A stretch of DNA of 64,000 bases, from IMG/VR virus record IMGVR_UViG_3300040801_001103, positions 10-64,009 of that record, one strand, 5' to 3'. The position numbers were made by a program, and so were the translations under genes. This document shows, piece by piece, positions 1-9,641 of this stretch. Within the stretch, counting starts at the first letter, position 1. Each line of letters opens with the position of its first letter. Origin of the DNA: a virus (taxonomy: Duplodnaviria; Caudoviricetes). The notes beneath the pieces are model-generated. The model was not told the DNA's origin and made no database searches. It saw only the letters and a list, made by a program, of their open reading frames with translations.

Positions 1-2345
1 GTAGAATTTACACTGTCCACGTCTGCTTGTACCGCTGCTATTGCGTTAGCTAGGTCACTGATTCCTTGCTCTACACTATCAGTGTCCAGGTTGATGGTGT
101 CCACAGTGCTCTGCACGGCGGCAATGTCTGCTGTCAAGCTGAAGTTGGCGTCTGCCACATTAGTTGTGAGTGTATCAATCTTGTTGTCCACAATCACCAG
201 GTTGGTATCGATTGCACTAACAGTGGTGTTGGTAGCAATTACCGAGGCGTTGATGCTGTTGATGTCGGCTTGCGCTCCTGCTACATCACCAGTCAAAATC
301 ACCACGTTAGCGTCCACACTGTTAATGATCGTTTGTGATGCCAGTGTGGTAGCATTAACCGTATCCACGTCTAGCTGTACCGCTGCTATTGCATTGCTCA
401 AATTGCTGATGCCAGCTTCCACTGTATCAGTGTCCAGGTTAATGGTATCAACTGTGGTTTGCACATTGCCCACGTCTGTTGTTAGCCCATCAATCTTGTT
501 GTCTACTATTACCAAGTTGCCATCAACCAGTATCAGGCGGTTCTCAATGTCAGTTACATCAACCGCCACAGTACCTAGCAAACTCTCAATGTCATTCACA
601 TTGGTGTCAATGGTGCTCACAGTTGTAGCTGTGCTGTCTACTGTGCTCTGCACACCAGCAATATCTGTGATTGCTGTATTGACTAGTCCATCCACGATGA
701 CCAAATTTGCATCCACACTTGCCACCGCGTTGGCTAGATCATTTAGTGATGTAAGCACCTGGGTGTTTGCGCTGATGGTCTGCAAACTGCCCTCGATGCC
801 AAATATGTTGCCCTGCAAGCCAATCACGTTGCTGTCAATAGCATTGACGGTAGTGTTGCTGGCAATCACAGTCGCGTTCACACGGTCAACGTCTGCCTGC
901 ACGTTGGCTAGTGCGCTTTCAATGCTAGCAATTCCTGCTTCTACTGTATCAGTGTCCAGGTTAATGGTGTTTACTGTGCTCTGTACGTTGGCAACATCAA
1001 ATGTCAATGCATCAATCTTGTCGTCTACTACGTTCACTGTGATGTTACTGCTGATCACAGTAGCGTTGATGCTGTCCAGATCCAGTTGCGCATTAGCCAG
1101 GGCGCTGGATAGTGCTGCGATGTCTGCTTCCACAGTATCAGTGTTGGTGTTGATGGTATTCACTGTGCTCTGCACTGCTGCCACATCAGAGTCCAAATTA
1201 TCGATCTTGTTGTTCACCACGTTTAGATTACCATCAAGTGTTTGCAGGATGGCAAGGTTATCATTCACTGTGATGTTAGACGACAATACCGTGGCTTCTA
1301 TCAAATCCAGATCCACTTGCGCATTGGATACATCACTGGTTAGTGCAAGCAGATTGGCATCCACCACGTTGAGTGTGGCCTGCACTGCGTTTACGCTTGC
1401 GTTAGCGCCCGCTATGCCAGCTGCCAGTTGCGTCTGGCCAAACTCCAGTGTATCAGTATTAGTGTTGATAATGTTAACAGTTGCTCGTGTACCCAAGAGG
1501 TCAGTGTGTATTCCATCAACCTTGTTGTCCACCACAATCAGGTTAGAGTTGATGTTGTTTGTGGTGACATTGGCTGCTAGTGTGGTGGCATTAATGGTAT
1601 CCACATCCACAATCAAGCCATCAATTTTGTTGTTGATGACGTTCTCAGTGTTAATGATGGTGCCCACCTGAGCATCCACACCATTTACTGTGGATTGAAC
1701 TGAGTCAATTAGTGGGTCCAGAGCATTAACGTTAGCGTTTACTGCACCAACATCAATTGCCAAAGCATCCACTTTATTTTCAATGTCAAATGTGGTTGCA
1801 TTAACAGTGTTTACGCCTGTTCGTATGGTGGGTATGATGTCAGTGTTCGCTATAATTCTAGCAAACTGAATACTATTTGCGTCCATCTCCTCACGTATTT
1901 GCACCGCAGTAGGTGCATTAACACTGATGTTAGCATTGGATAGATCCAGGTTACCAGCTTCAAAGAGCGCGTCAATACCCACAAATTGCGTGAGTGAGCT
2001 GGTGTTAAGTCGTATGCTAGTGTTGAATGGTCCAGTTGTGGGTGCAAACAACGGTCGCGTGAGATCTTCTGGGTACAGGTTACCGTTGATGGTAATCTCA
2101 ATATTTTCTTCAGGTGGTTTGACGCGCCAACCGTCTTGGTTCTGCAGGAAGTAATATGATCCAACCTCGACACCACCACCAATAGCTTCACCACCAATAG
2201 CACGGAATGCTGGTGGATATTTCAGATTGGCAGGTTCTCTGGCCCATTCCTTCCAGTCGCTGTATAAATCGATGCCCGCGTCGACTTGCTTCTCACCACT
2301 TAATATGGTGATTAGCCGTCTTGCTCCATCAAAAGATACTCTCAT
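1..2345 (-). CDS. Long coiled-coil virion fibre/structural protein (partial, runs off left edge)
   Basis: Not in ORF track; read manually from ATG 2345 (MRVSFDGARRLITILSGEKQVDAGIDLYSDWKEW...), open to base 1; repeated VQSTVxTINLDTDTVEAGI units; late promoter upstream. Confidence 0.8.
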   Translation of the reverse strand, partial: MRVSFDGARRLITILSGEKQVDAGIDLYSDWKEWAREPANLKYPPAFRAIGGEAIGGGVEVGSYYFLQNQDGWRVKPPEENIEITINGNLYPEDLTRPLFAPTTGPFNTSIRLNTSSLTQFVGIDALFEAGNLDLSNANISVNAPTAVQIREEMDANSIQFARIIANTDIIPTIRTGVNTVNATTFDIENKVDALAIDVGAVNANVNALDPLIDSVQSTVNGVDAQVGTIINTENVINNKIDGLIVDVDTINATTLAANVTTNNINSNLIVVDNKVDGIHTDLLGTRATVNIINTNTDTLEFGQTQLAAGIAGANASVNAVQATLNVVDANLLALTSDVSNAQVDLDLIEATVLSSNITVNDNLAILQTLDGNLNVVNNKIDNLDSDVAAVQSTVNTINTNTDTVEADIAALSSALANAQLDLDSINATVISSNITVNVVDDKIDALTFDVANVQSTVNTINLDTDTVEAGIASIESALANVQADVDRVNATVIASNTTVNAIDSNVIGLQGNIFGIEGSLQTISANTQVLTSLNDLANAVASVDANLVIVDGLVNTAITDIAGVQSTVDSTATTVSTIDTNVNDIESLLGTVAVDVTDIENRLILVDGNLVIVDNKIDGLTTDVGNVQTTVDTINLDTDTVEAGISNLSNAIAAVQLDVDTVNATTLASQTIINSVDANVVILTGDVAGAQADINSINASVIATNTTVSAIDTNLVIVDNKIDTLTTNVADANFSLTADIAAVQSTVDTINLDTDSVEQGISDLANAIAAVQADVDSVNS

Positions 2346-2385
2346 AAATTAGTCCGTGGCACTTGGCATACTCGCCATTATGCAC

Positions 2386-2393
2386 TATTTATC
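2386..2393 (-). promoter_or_regulatory. T4-like late promoter (GATAAATA)
   Basis: Matches T4 TATAAATA consensus, upstream of fibre gene. Confidence 0.6.
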
Positions 2394-2425
2394 TAATTTT
2401 GAAAGTACAGGATTGCAGACTGATT

Positions 2426-2617
2426 TTACAATCGATCAATAGCAAAGCCAGATATTTCCATGCTCTCAGCTTCAATAGCTGCTTCACTAGCCTTGGGAAA
2501 CGTGGTGGCCTGTGTCGACTCGCGGACATATTCCACCTTCTTGGTGGTATCCAGTTCATTGTCAGGGAAGACATCTGAAATTTTTACATAAAAGTCCATG
2601 ACTTTGATGGCAAACAT
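2426..2617 (-). CDS. Hypothetical protein (63 aa)
   Basis: GGAG SD, fills gap between structural genes. Confidence 0.6.
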   Translation of the reverse strand: MFAIKVMDFYVKISDVFPDNELDTTKKVEYVRESTQATTFPKASEAAIEAESMEISGFAIDRL

Positions 2618-2653
2618 TATAATTCTCCAGTAATAATATGCTTACTTATCTAC

Positions 2654-4822
2654 TCAGGGATTATTGTAAGTGCGATCACGGCGCTGCTGGATGGGGATGG
2701 TGGCATTTGCTGCTGTGTTAACGTTGGACAGGCTTAGATATTCAAATTCCAAACTGTGTACTACAATGTCAACAGCATCCGAAATAATTGAAAAAGACTC
2801 AGATGTATTGCTATTTTCCACACCACCCAGCTCAATGGTGGTGTTTGCTTGATATAATCGCACTTCAGAGTTAGCCTGTAAACCAGTCAATGTAATCGTG
2901 GTAGGTGTGATTATGTTCACTGTTCCGTTTCTGGTGGCGTATACTTTGTCTTCGCGCAAATTACTGCCGTTAAGATTGGTCCAGGTCAGTGTGCCTGTTC
3001 CTCTCCACTCAACCCATATGGTGGCTTCTTCTGGGAATATAATTCCATCAGCATCAAATACTGCATTAGTACTACCAGAAGCAGGCTCTATCCTTATGCT
3101 CAGCGGAGCATTGGGCCGTAACGCCGTCAAGGCATTTAATGCTGCTTGCTGGTTAGCAGGGGTGTCACTATTAATTATATCGTCAGGTACAGCGCCGCGT
3201 CGGAACAGATCCACGATATCTGAGTCAGGTTTACTAATAAACCAAGAATACCAATTACTGTAGAGCATATCAGACACGTTAACGAACGTCACGTCAGTAC
3301 CGGCCACTTCAAGTGAACTGCCTGGTCCACCTATGGATATATCGCCTGAGTGACTATCCAAGTCGGTACTCAATAACGGATTACCTGATGATACAGTTTG
3401 TTTGACACCGTCAATATACATGGTCCACTCGCGCACTGGGTCAGTGTAGCTAAAACGGAACATGATGTGATAACTGCGGTTGGGGTCCAGAGCAAAGTCG
3501 CTAAAAACTTGCGAGTTGTCATCGGCCGTGTCAGCGAAACTCGCTATCAAGCGGTTACCTAATCCGATCAGAAAGCATAGATTGTTAACTCCACCACCTT
3601 CTTCATATATGCATGATAGACCCGAATAAATTGTTCTTGGTCGAATCCATCCACCCATTAATCTGTTGATGGTTGCTGTGTTATTCATTCTGTTACTGTT
3701 GGGACATTCGCGGCGTCCAGAGTTGGGATTCCAAGAGTTGGTCGTGCCTTCGGAAATAGCAGTTGCTTCAAATCCATTTGACCCCACTGAAGAACTGGTA
3801 AATGGGCTTCCGCCAAAATCTCCGATATCATCATAAGTGTTATCAAATGTCCACCAATGATCAGGTGCCTGTGCAGCGATAATTTCAGCATAAGTGCTTA
3901 TACCCACAAGAGTTTCATATGGTATCGTAATATTTCCCGTGTCATTTCTAACAACCAGGAAAATCGTGGTATTATCGTCTAAACCTCCTTGAGTGGCAAC
4001 ATATGTAATGGCAGTATCAGACCAACTGAGTATGGGTTGATCAACACTGATAGTGCCAAATGGGTCGCTCCACAGTTGTACATTACCAGTTCCCTGTGTG
4101 CTTTCAAAACCAAATCCTGATATTGTGATGTTTGCGCCATAATTAATGCGCTCATCACGAACAGTCACGGCAATGGTAGTGGGTTCAGCTAATACTACAG
4201 CAATGATCTGCCCAAATGTAGAACCGCCACCAAATGTGACTACACCACTTGCAATCGTTGTGGGAGTAGATGGTGTTTGTTCAGCAAAACCACCAGCACT
4301 CGAAGCAGCACCTGTACCTGGTGGCCCGTTGGTGTTGTCATCAACTCCCGTCCAACTACCAGGCCACGTCAACCCCAACGGATTTCCACTGTTACCAGAT
4401 TCAGTACCTATGAATGCAACGGCAGTCTGATTAGTGCTCACTGTAGTCAGTGAAGGCACATCCATGGTCTGATCAGCCGGATTGTTGTCAGTTGTAGCCA
4501 ATGATACTATGGGATTTATGGTATCAACATTTCTGTATGCGACCATGGCGATGTATGTACGTTCGCCTCCAGTTCGCGTTAGCGTATAACTAGCTGGCTC
4601 ACTGCTGGCAGCGCGCCAGTATAAAGCATCAGTGTGACTGCCACCAGAAGTTGCACCACCAAAAGCCAAGGTCCACCCAGCCGGCGTATTCCACAATGTG
4701 GTTCCGTCACTTGATATAAACAACAGCAACACGTCATCATTCAGTGTTCCACCAGGAACACTGATAGTGGCTGTGGCAGCGTTATCTGAGTTGGTGGTGG
4801 TAAATCCAATTCTAGTAGCCAT
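2654..4822 (-). CDS. Virion surface protein with LamG/concanavalin A-like domain
   Basis: Thr/Gly-rich beta domains; PDHWWTFD...YHIMF...MYIDG LamG pattern; paralogous to 4822-6027. Confidence 0.7.
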   Translation of the reverse strand: MATRIGFTTTNSDNAATATISVPGGTLNDDVLLLFISSDGTTLWNTPAGWTLAFGGATSGGSHTDALYWRAASSEPASYTLTRTGGERTYIAMVAYRNVDTINPIVSLATTDNNPADQTMDVPSLTTVSTNQTAVAFIGTESGNSGNPLGLTWPGSWTGVDDNTNGPPGTGAASSAGGFAEQTPSTPTTIASGVVTFGGGSTFGQIIAVVLAEPTTIAVTVRDERINYGANITISGFGFESTQGTGNVQLWSDPFGTISVDQPILSWSDTAITYVATQGGLDDNTTIFLVVRNDTGNITIPYETLVGISTYAEIIAAQAPDHWWTFDNTYDDIGDFGGSPFTSSSVGSNGFEATAISEGTTNSWNPNSGRRECPNSNRMNNTATINRLMGGWIRPRTIYSGLSCIYEEGGGVNNLCFLIGLGNRLIASFADTADDNSQVFSDFALDPNRSYHIMFRFSYTDPVREWTMYIDGVKQTVSSGNPLLSTDLDSHSGDISIGGPGSSLEVAGTDVTFVNVSDMLYSNWYSWFISKPDSDIVDLFRRGAVPDDIINSDTPANQQAALNALTALRPNAPLSIRIEPASGSTNAVFDADGIIFPEEATIWVEWRGTGTLTWTNLNGSNLREDKVYATRNGTVNIITPTTITLTGLQANSEVRLYQANTTIELGGVENSNTSESFSIISDAVDIVVHSLEFEYLSLSNVNTAANATIPIQQRRDRTYNNP

Positions 4823-6027
4823 TATGGGTTCTCATAATTACGATCAAAGAACTGACCAGCAAGAATAGTGACGTCACCAGAAGACAAATCAACTGCGGGT
4901 ATCCTTTTGATTTCAAATGTTATAGACACAAGCACAACATCCACGAGATCTTCTTGCACTGTTGCAGAAAATTGTGTACTCGAATTTTCCACACTAGCTA
5001 ACTCATTTGCGGTTCCTGACTCATAGTAAACTACTTTGGTGTTGGGCTGTAATTCTATTACACTTAGCGTGGCTGGGTTGATCAAATTAACTGTGCCGCC
5101 GTTTGGTGTTGAGAATACAGATGCGTCTGATCCATTACCGTTGACCCATGTTAGTGTGCCTGTGCCTGTATACTGCACATCAATTGACGCACGTGGATTA
5201 AATGTGACATTGGATGCAACTAACTCAATGTCTCCTACCACATCAACTCTGATGCACAATGGTGCATCTGGTCTGAATGAATTTGCGAGAGCATCAAGCC
5301 CAGCTTGGTTGGTGATGGTGACGTCAGGTAGCGCACCTTTTTCAAATAACTCTGTGCGTATCTCCACGTTTGAGGGCACATTAGCATCACTAAACGATGC
5401 CCAAAAATTGTAATCGCAATTAGTAGAACCGGTTAGCAGAACTGTTTGGTTTCCCACTTCTGTTGCACCAGCTGGATCACCAAATTCAATAGGAGATCCT
5501 GAATCAAACGTGGCACCCACAAACTGTCTATCTGTTGGTGCGGTGATTTCTTGTAAATCCCCATCCACATACAATTCGTAATCCCCATTGCCATTAACAA
5601 TGCCAAAAATATGATACGCGCGGTTGGCTTGCAGTACTTGGTCACTAAACGCTTGATACACACTGGCGCCGTCCACGATATCAAGCATCAGAGTATTACC
5701 AGCCCAAACAAGAAATCGGAACTGCTGACCAGTTGTACCCTCTCCATAGATAGAGCGAGGAGGCAGTTGTATAGAATCAAACTGTACCCAACCGCCCACG
5801 GCTTTATTGGATAGCGCACTATTAATTGTCGCAGTATCTGGAATGGTGACACGATCACTCACGGCGTTACACTGTGAACTGTTGGTTGCGTCTTCGCAAA
5901 TTGCTGTTGAAGTTAAAAGAAAGCCAGTATTGGTGCCATCGGCGGCACCAATACTGTCTAGAACATCGCCATCGAACCGCCAAAGGTGGTCGGCCCCGAG
6001 TGCGATAATATCGTCTCTATAGGCCAT
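4822..6027 (-). CDS. LamG/concanavalin A-like virion protein
   Basis: ADHLWRFD...YHIFG...LYVDG pattern; translationally coupled to neighbour. Confidence 0.7.
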   Translation of the reverse strand: MAYRDDIIALGADHLWRFDGDVLDSIGAADGTNTGFLLTSTAICEDATNSSQCNAVSDRVTIPDTATINSALSNKAVGGWVQFDSIQLPPRSIYGEGTTGQQFRFLVWAGNTLMLDIVDGASVYQAFSDQVLQANRAYHIFGIVNGNGDYELYVDGDLQEITAPTDRQFVGATFDSGSPIEFGDPAGATEVGNQTVLLTGSTNCDYNFWASFSDANVPSNVEIRTELFEKGALPDVTITNQAGLDALANSFRPDAPLCIRVDVVGDIELVASNVTFNPRASIDVQYTGTGTLTWVNGNGSDASVFSTPNGGTVNLINPATLSVIELQPNTKVVYYESGTANELASVENSSTQFSATVQEDLVDVVLVSITFEIKRIPAVDLSSGDVTILAGQFFDRNYENP

Positions 6028-6039
6028 GTGGCTCCTTTA

Positions 6040-7722
6040 TTATGGGTTATCGTAGTTACGTTCCAGGGCTGATACCAAGCTAAACGTAATACCTGTCGCC
6101 TCTGTAATAGTACCTGTTGTTTCCACGAACTGCGCATTGTCCAAACCAATAGCACGAACTACTACCGCAGCATCTGTGCCTGCTGTGCGCCCGCCCTGTG
6201 TATTGGCATCGTAACCAAAGTCAAATGCTACACTTGAGCTTACAATGTCGCCAGAGATGGGTGTACCACCCAAGTCTTCAACAATGATAGCATCTGGTGA
6301 GTTGATGGGATCTTGGTCAATGTTCGCAATAAAGCTGGATGCTGCTGTGGGAATCTTGTCATCCACACGAGTAGCATTCATGGCGCTAGATGACGTATAA
6401 GTCACAACCTGCCAGATGCCATTGTTGTTTGCTGAAACAGCGCCGCCTAGTGAAAAGTAATCGTTCACTGACAGTGTGGGCAAGTTGCCGCCAGCACTAG
6501 TGAAGTCAGCAGCCTGTCCAACTGGTGTACCAATCACCAGGTCTGTTACGCTGGTACGGATAGTGTACTGGAAGAACGCAAAGTAACGCGCAGGCCCACT
6601 GTCTGCAACCAAGTTCTGGTTGAATTCGATGGTACCGGCAGCAACGAATGGAAACGCAATACCGCTTGATCCAGTGTTGTCAGTAAACGTCAAGCTGTTG
6701 GTATCGTTGGGATCAAAGTTTGTGATCGCAACACCTGAACCACCACCATCAGTGTTTGTCACGCTCAATGTTTGAAGCTCGCTGCCAACAAATGTCAACA
6801 TCTGGTCTTGCAGCACACCAATCTGTGTGTTGGCGTTTGCACTCTCATCAATGTCACCAGTCTGGCGCAATTGATACTGCACCCAGGTGTACAAGTCCTG
6901 AGTACTCAGGCTTTGTGATGTATTTGAGGTTGCATCAATCACAACACCAAAGTTGTATGGTCCGCCAAACAAGTCTTGTCCAGGATACAGCGAACTGGAA
7001 ATCTGAGGTGTTTCAAAGTAAGTGATGTTAGCGTCACCGTACTTCTCACCAGGAGCACTGTTAGCGATAATAACTGCATCACTATCAGTGATGTTAAGGT
7101 CATTCTGTTCTGCAAGTGGGAATCGGTACACAATGTAGTTCAGTGTTCCGGTTACACCGATATCAGCTGTTGTAGCCTGGTCGTATGTCTTGCCTTCTGT
7201 GCGGATGAATACTGTTAGTGAATCGTTAGTAACATCAAAGTTACCATTTGTAGCGTCACCAAATGTCTGGATGGCTTCGTTAACTGGGCCAGAGTAAGTG
7301 AAGTCTGTGCCCGCCGTGTCTGAGCTGAATGCGTAGTAAACCGTGTCACCACTGATTTTGCTGACAGCATCGATTGTGCCCAGTGTGATGATACCCACAT
7401 ACTCACGCTTGCGGTTGTTGCTAGCGTCAATCTCACGCCATCCGCCGGTGCGCAACAATTTACGAGTCGCATCGTCTGCTGGTTCCCAGTCTTCAATAAA
7501 TTCAAACTGCTCTGGTGTAATCGCCACCAGTGGGAATGGGAATGGGATTAGTGCTGCATCTGTCCGCCACTCTTCCTTGAGGAAAGAGTAAAGGCACTGT
7601 AGCGTAACCCCATCTTCGCTCAGGTCTCCTGAGCCATTGTTTAGGGTAATTTGTCGGGTACCCGTGTTAATTGTTACTTCTACGCCCTGTGCTAGATCAT
7701 CAGGATCAGTAATTAGTGGCAT
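6040..7722 (-). CDS. Virion structural protein
   Basis: Acidic, Thr/Gly-rich; AGGAG SD and late promoter; N-terminal domain resembles that of 1-2345. Confidence 0.65.
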   Translation of the reverse strand: MPLITDPDDLAQGVEVTINTGTRQITLNNGSGDLSEDGVTLQCLYSFLKEEWRTDAALIPFPFPLVAITPEQFEFIEDWEPADDATRKLLRTGGWREIDASNNRKREYVGIITLGTIDAVSKISGDTVYYAFSSDTAGTDFTYSGPVNEAIQTFGDATNGNFDVTNDSLTVFIRTEGKTYDQATTADIGVTGTLNYIVYRFPLAEQNDLNITDSDAVIIANSAPGEKYGDANITYFETPQISSSLYPGQDLFGGPYNFGVVIDATSNTSQSLSTQDLYTWVQYQLRQTGDIDESANANTQIGVLQDQMLTFVGSELQTLSVTNTDGGGSGVAITNFDPNDTNSLTFTDNTGSSGIAFPFVAAGTIEFNQNLVADSGPARYFAFFQYTIRTSVTDLVIGTPVGQAADFTSAGGNLPTLSVNDYFSLGGAVSANNNGIWQVVTYTSSSAMNATRVDDKIPTAASSFIANIDQDPINSPDAIIVEDLGGTPISGDIVSSSVAFDFGYDANTQGGRTAGTDAAVVVRAIGLDNAQFVETTGTITEATGITFSLVSALERNYDNP

Positions 7723-7757
7723 AATGCTCTCCTACTAAAAGATGTTTGTTATGCCGT

Positions 7758-7765
7758 TATTTATC
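7758..7765 (-). promoter_or_regulatory. T4-like late promoter (GATAAATA)
   Basis: Consensus match upstream of 6040-7722. Confidence 0.65.
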
Positions 7766-7793
7766 TTTTTAGTAGGAGAAGCTGGCCGGACGG

Positions 7794-7937
7794 CTAGGGA
7801 AGGGTGGGGTCGAAAGAATCCTCTAAGTAATCATCGTCCCACAGTGCATATTCTTCATATGCGTTGGTTGTGTTGTACTGGTCTTCACCGTCATCCTGTA
7901 CCATCAGGCTGTCGGCGTAGTCTTCTGGGTCAAACAT
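7794..7937 (-). CDS. Small, extremely acidic protein (47 aa)
   Basis: Manual translation MFDPEDYADSLMVQDDGEDQYNTTNAYEEYALWDDDYLEDSFDPTLP; GGAG SD; overlaps upstream stop. Confidence 0.65.
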   Translation of the reverse strand: MFDPEDYADSLMVQDDGEDQYNTTNAYEEYALWDDDYLEDSFDPTLP

Positions 7938-8109
7938 TTTTGAGATCTCCTGTGCTATTAAAGATTTCATTGATTACCAATTCCTGAGCAAGAGCTTGGT
8001 GCTCATCGCTGAGCTTGTCATACTCAGGGGTGTTGGTTCGGCCTTGGGCTTCCAGCTGATTCAACTGTTCCGCCAAATTTGCTAGTAACTGTTCGTCATG
8101 CATGATCAT
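7930..8109 (-). CDS. Hypothetical helical protein (59 aa)
   Basis: Manual translation MIMHDEQLLANLAEQLNQLEAQG...; GGAG SD. Confidence 0.6.
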   Translation of the reverse strand: MIMHDEQLLANLAEQLNQLEAQGRTNTPEYDKLSDEHQALAQELVINEIFNSTGDLKNV

Positions 8110-8293
8110 GTCTCCGGTTGATAAAAATCTTCATGGTACGATCCTGGTCTTGCATGCTAATTTCCACATTCAGTGGATATCGTTTGTCGTGCACGTAGGA
8201 ACGACCGTCCTCGTCAATCACTTCCAGTCGAGTTATCGTCTGATCGCTTAATGCTACTACTGCTGCTAAAATCGTCTGGTCGTCCATCCTCAA
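8096..8293 (-). CDS. Hypothetical protein
   Basis: ITRLEVIDEDGRSYV...QDQDRTMKIF, a small phage-protein pattern; start probably ATG 8287. Confidence 0.65.
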   Translation of the reverse strand: MRMDDQTILAAVVALSDQTITRLEVIDEDGRSYVHDKRYPLNVEISMQDQDRTMKIFINRRHDHA

Positions 8294-8374
8294 TACCCTT
8301 TATAACCCACCATGTTGTAATCACAGGCATGGCAAGTGCGGTCATCAATACTGCCCACATTTTTTTACTCTCTT

Positions 8375-8402
8375 ATTATAACTTGTTTTATGTATCTGTC
8401 AA
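8375..8402 (-). promoter_or_regulatory. Perfect sigma70 promoter TTGACA-N16-TATAAT
   Basis: Direct read; drives small-ORF cluster 7794-8360. Confidence 0.75.
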
Positions 8403-8647
8403 TACTGGCATTGCCAGCGATACTGGCCGTGAACTGGGTACCACAGGCTATAAGACCGGGGATACACATGGAACGGTGTGTAATTGTGCTGGTCCTGTAT
8501 ATAGCATGCCAGCGTAATATCCAGAGCGTTAGCTATACGAACCACCGTGATACCATTTGGCGTCATGGTCTGCTCAGGAAATACTCCTGGGTTTCCAGCA
8601 AAAGCAGATAAGGCCATAAATGCCATGGCAAGGATCACTGCTCTCAT
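8399..8647 (-). CDS. Secreted small protein
   Basis: Signal peptide MRAVILAMAFMALSAFA; two Cys; ATGA overlap. Confidence 0.6.
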   Translation of the reverse strand: MRAVILAMAFMALSAFAGNPGVFPEQTMTPNGITVVRIANALDITLACYIQDQHNYTPFHVYPRSYSLWYPVHGQYRWQCQY

Positions 8648-8952
8648 TCTTTGATACCCAGCATCTTGTTTCTCTGCTTCTGTAACTCTCTGATAGACGA
8701 TATATCCAGCTGGTAATTGGTCTCGTCAGCTGCTGTCACTATGGCTCGGGTGTCCACCAATCGCTGATAGTCACGCAAATTCTTCTCAATTAAATTAATT
8801 TGAAGATCAATATAGCGTATGTTGGCTATATCGTTGTGCATATATCTGTCGTCAACCCATAAAATTAAAGGCGTGATCATGGTGACCACGCCCAAAATTG
8901 CTGCTATGCTTCTGGCTGCTTTTACTACTCTTTTATGATTTTCTGGAGTCAC
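8644..8952 (-). CDS. Membrane-anchored coiled-coil protein
   Basis: N-terminal TM (IAAILGVVTMITPLILWV) then helical region. Confidence 0.6.
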   Translation of the reverse strand: MTPENHKRVVKAARSIAAILGVVTMITPLILWVDDRYMHNDIANIRYIDLQINLIEKNLRDYQRLVDTRAIVTAADETNYQLDISSIRELQKQRNKMLGIKE

Positions 8953-8960
8953 ATAGCTAT

Positions 8961-9641
8961 TTAGTCGATATTGAGAATATCACGCGCTAACGGAAAGGCA
9001 TCTGTGATGACTTCAGCACAGGCTCGAGCAATCTCCATGTGCTCTTTCTGTGTACCGTTTGCTGCTCGGAGATCAATATAGTGTATCCAGGAGCGCAGTG
9101 TGCCGTTCATGTACATACGGCTCTGAGTCATGCCTTCTGGTAATACAGCCCGTGCCTGTTCCTTGGCTATGCCATTTTCAATAGCCCATGAATATGCATC
9201 CTTGACTGCGTTGAGCACGTTTGCTTGTTTCATCAACCACTCAGCTTGCAAATCACTGTCTTGCACATCAATACTGTTCTGTCTGTTTTTGGTATCCTGT
9301 AGTCGAGCATCGCGGAACTCAAAGTCTAAATCCCGTGTGGGATCAGCATATCGCTGACTAAACTCCTGGAAGCTGAAACTGCGGTGGCGCAGAATTTGTC
9401 TGGCGATGTCGCGTGTGGTGTTAATCTCCAGACACATGTTCACCATTTCCAAGGGACTCCAGTGCTTCTCTCTGACCAGATAGCGCACTAACTTTTCCGA
9501 TGTCGCAGTGTTGTTTTGATTACTAGGGTTGCTGACTCTAGCACAAAATACCACTAGATCCAGCAAGTCCTGATCCCGCTCAGGTTCAAACTCGAAGGCA
9601 CCCGGAGCCATTTTACTGTAGCTAATTAGTTTTACGTTCAT
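8961..9641 (-). CDS. thyX: FAD-dependent thymidylate synthase
   Basis: RHRSFSFQEFSQRY signature, HWSPLE, ARAVLP, TQKEH. Confidence 0.97.
   Translation of the reverse strand: MNVKLISYSKMAPGAFEFEPERDQDLLDLVVFCARVSNPSNQNNTATSEKLVRYLVREKHWSPLEMVNMCLEINTTRDIARQILRHRSFSFQEFSQRYADPTRDLDFEFRDARLQDTKNRQNSIDVQDSDLQAEWLMKQANVLNAVKDAYSWAIENGIAKEQARAVLPEGMTQSRMYMNGTLRSWIHYIDLRAANGTQKEHMEIARACAEVITDAFPLARDILNID

Noticed and set aside
82-1671. 529-aa plus-strand ORF
   Set aside because: Antisense shadow of the repetitive minus-strand fibre gene; no SD or protein-like motifs
8399-8952. Spanin pair
   Set aside because: Upstream gene has TM plus coiled coil, but the partner lacks a lipobox Cys and is far from the lysozyme; not supportable
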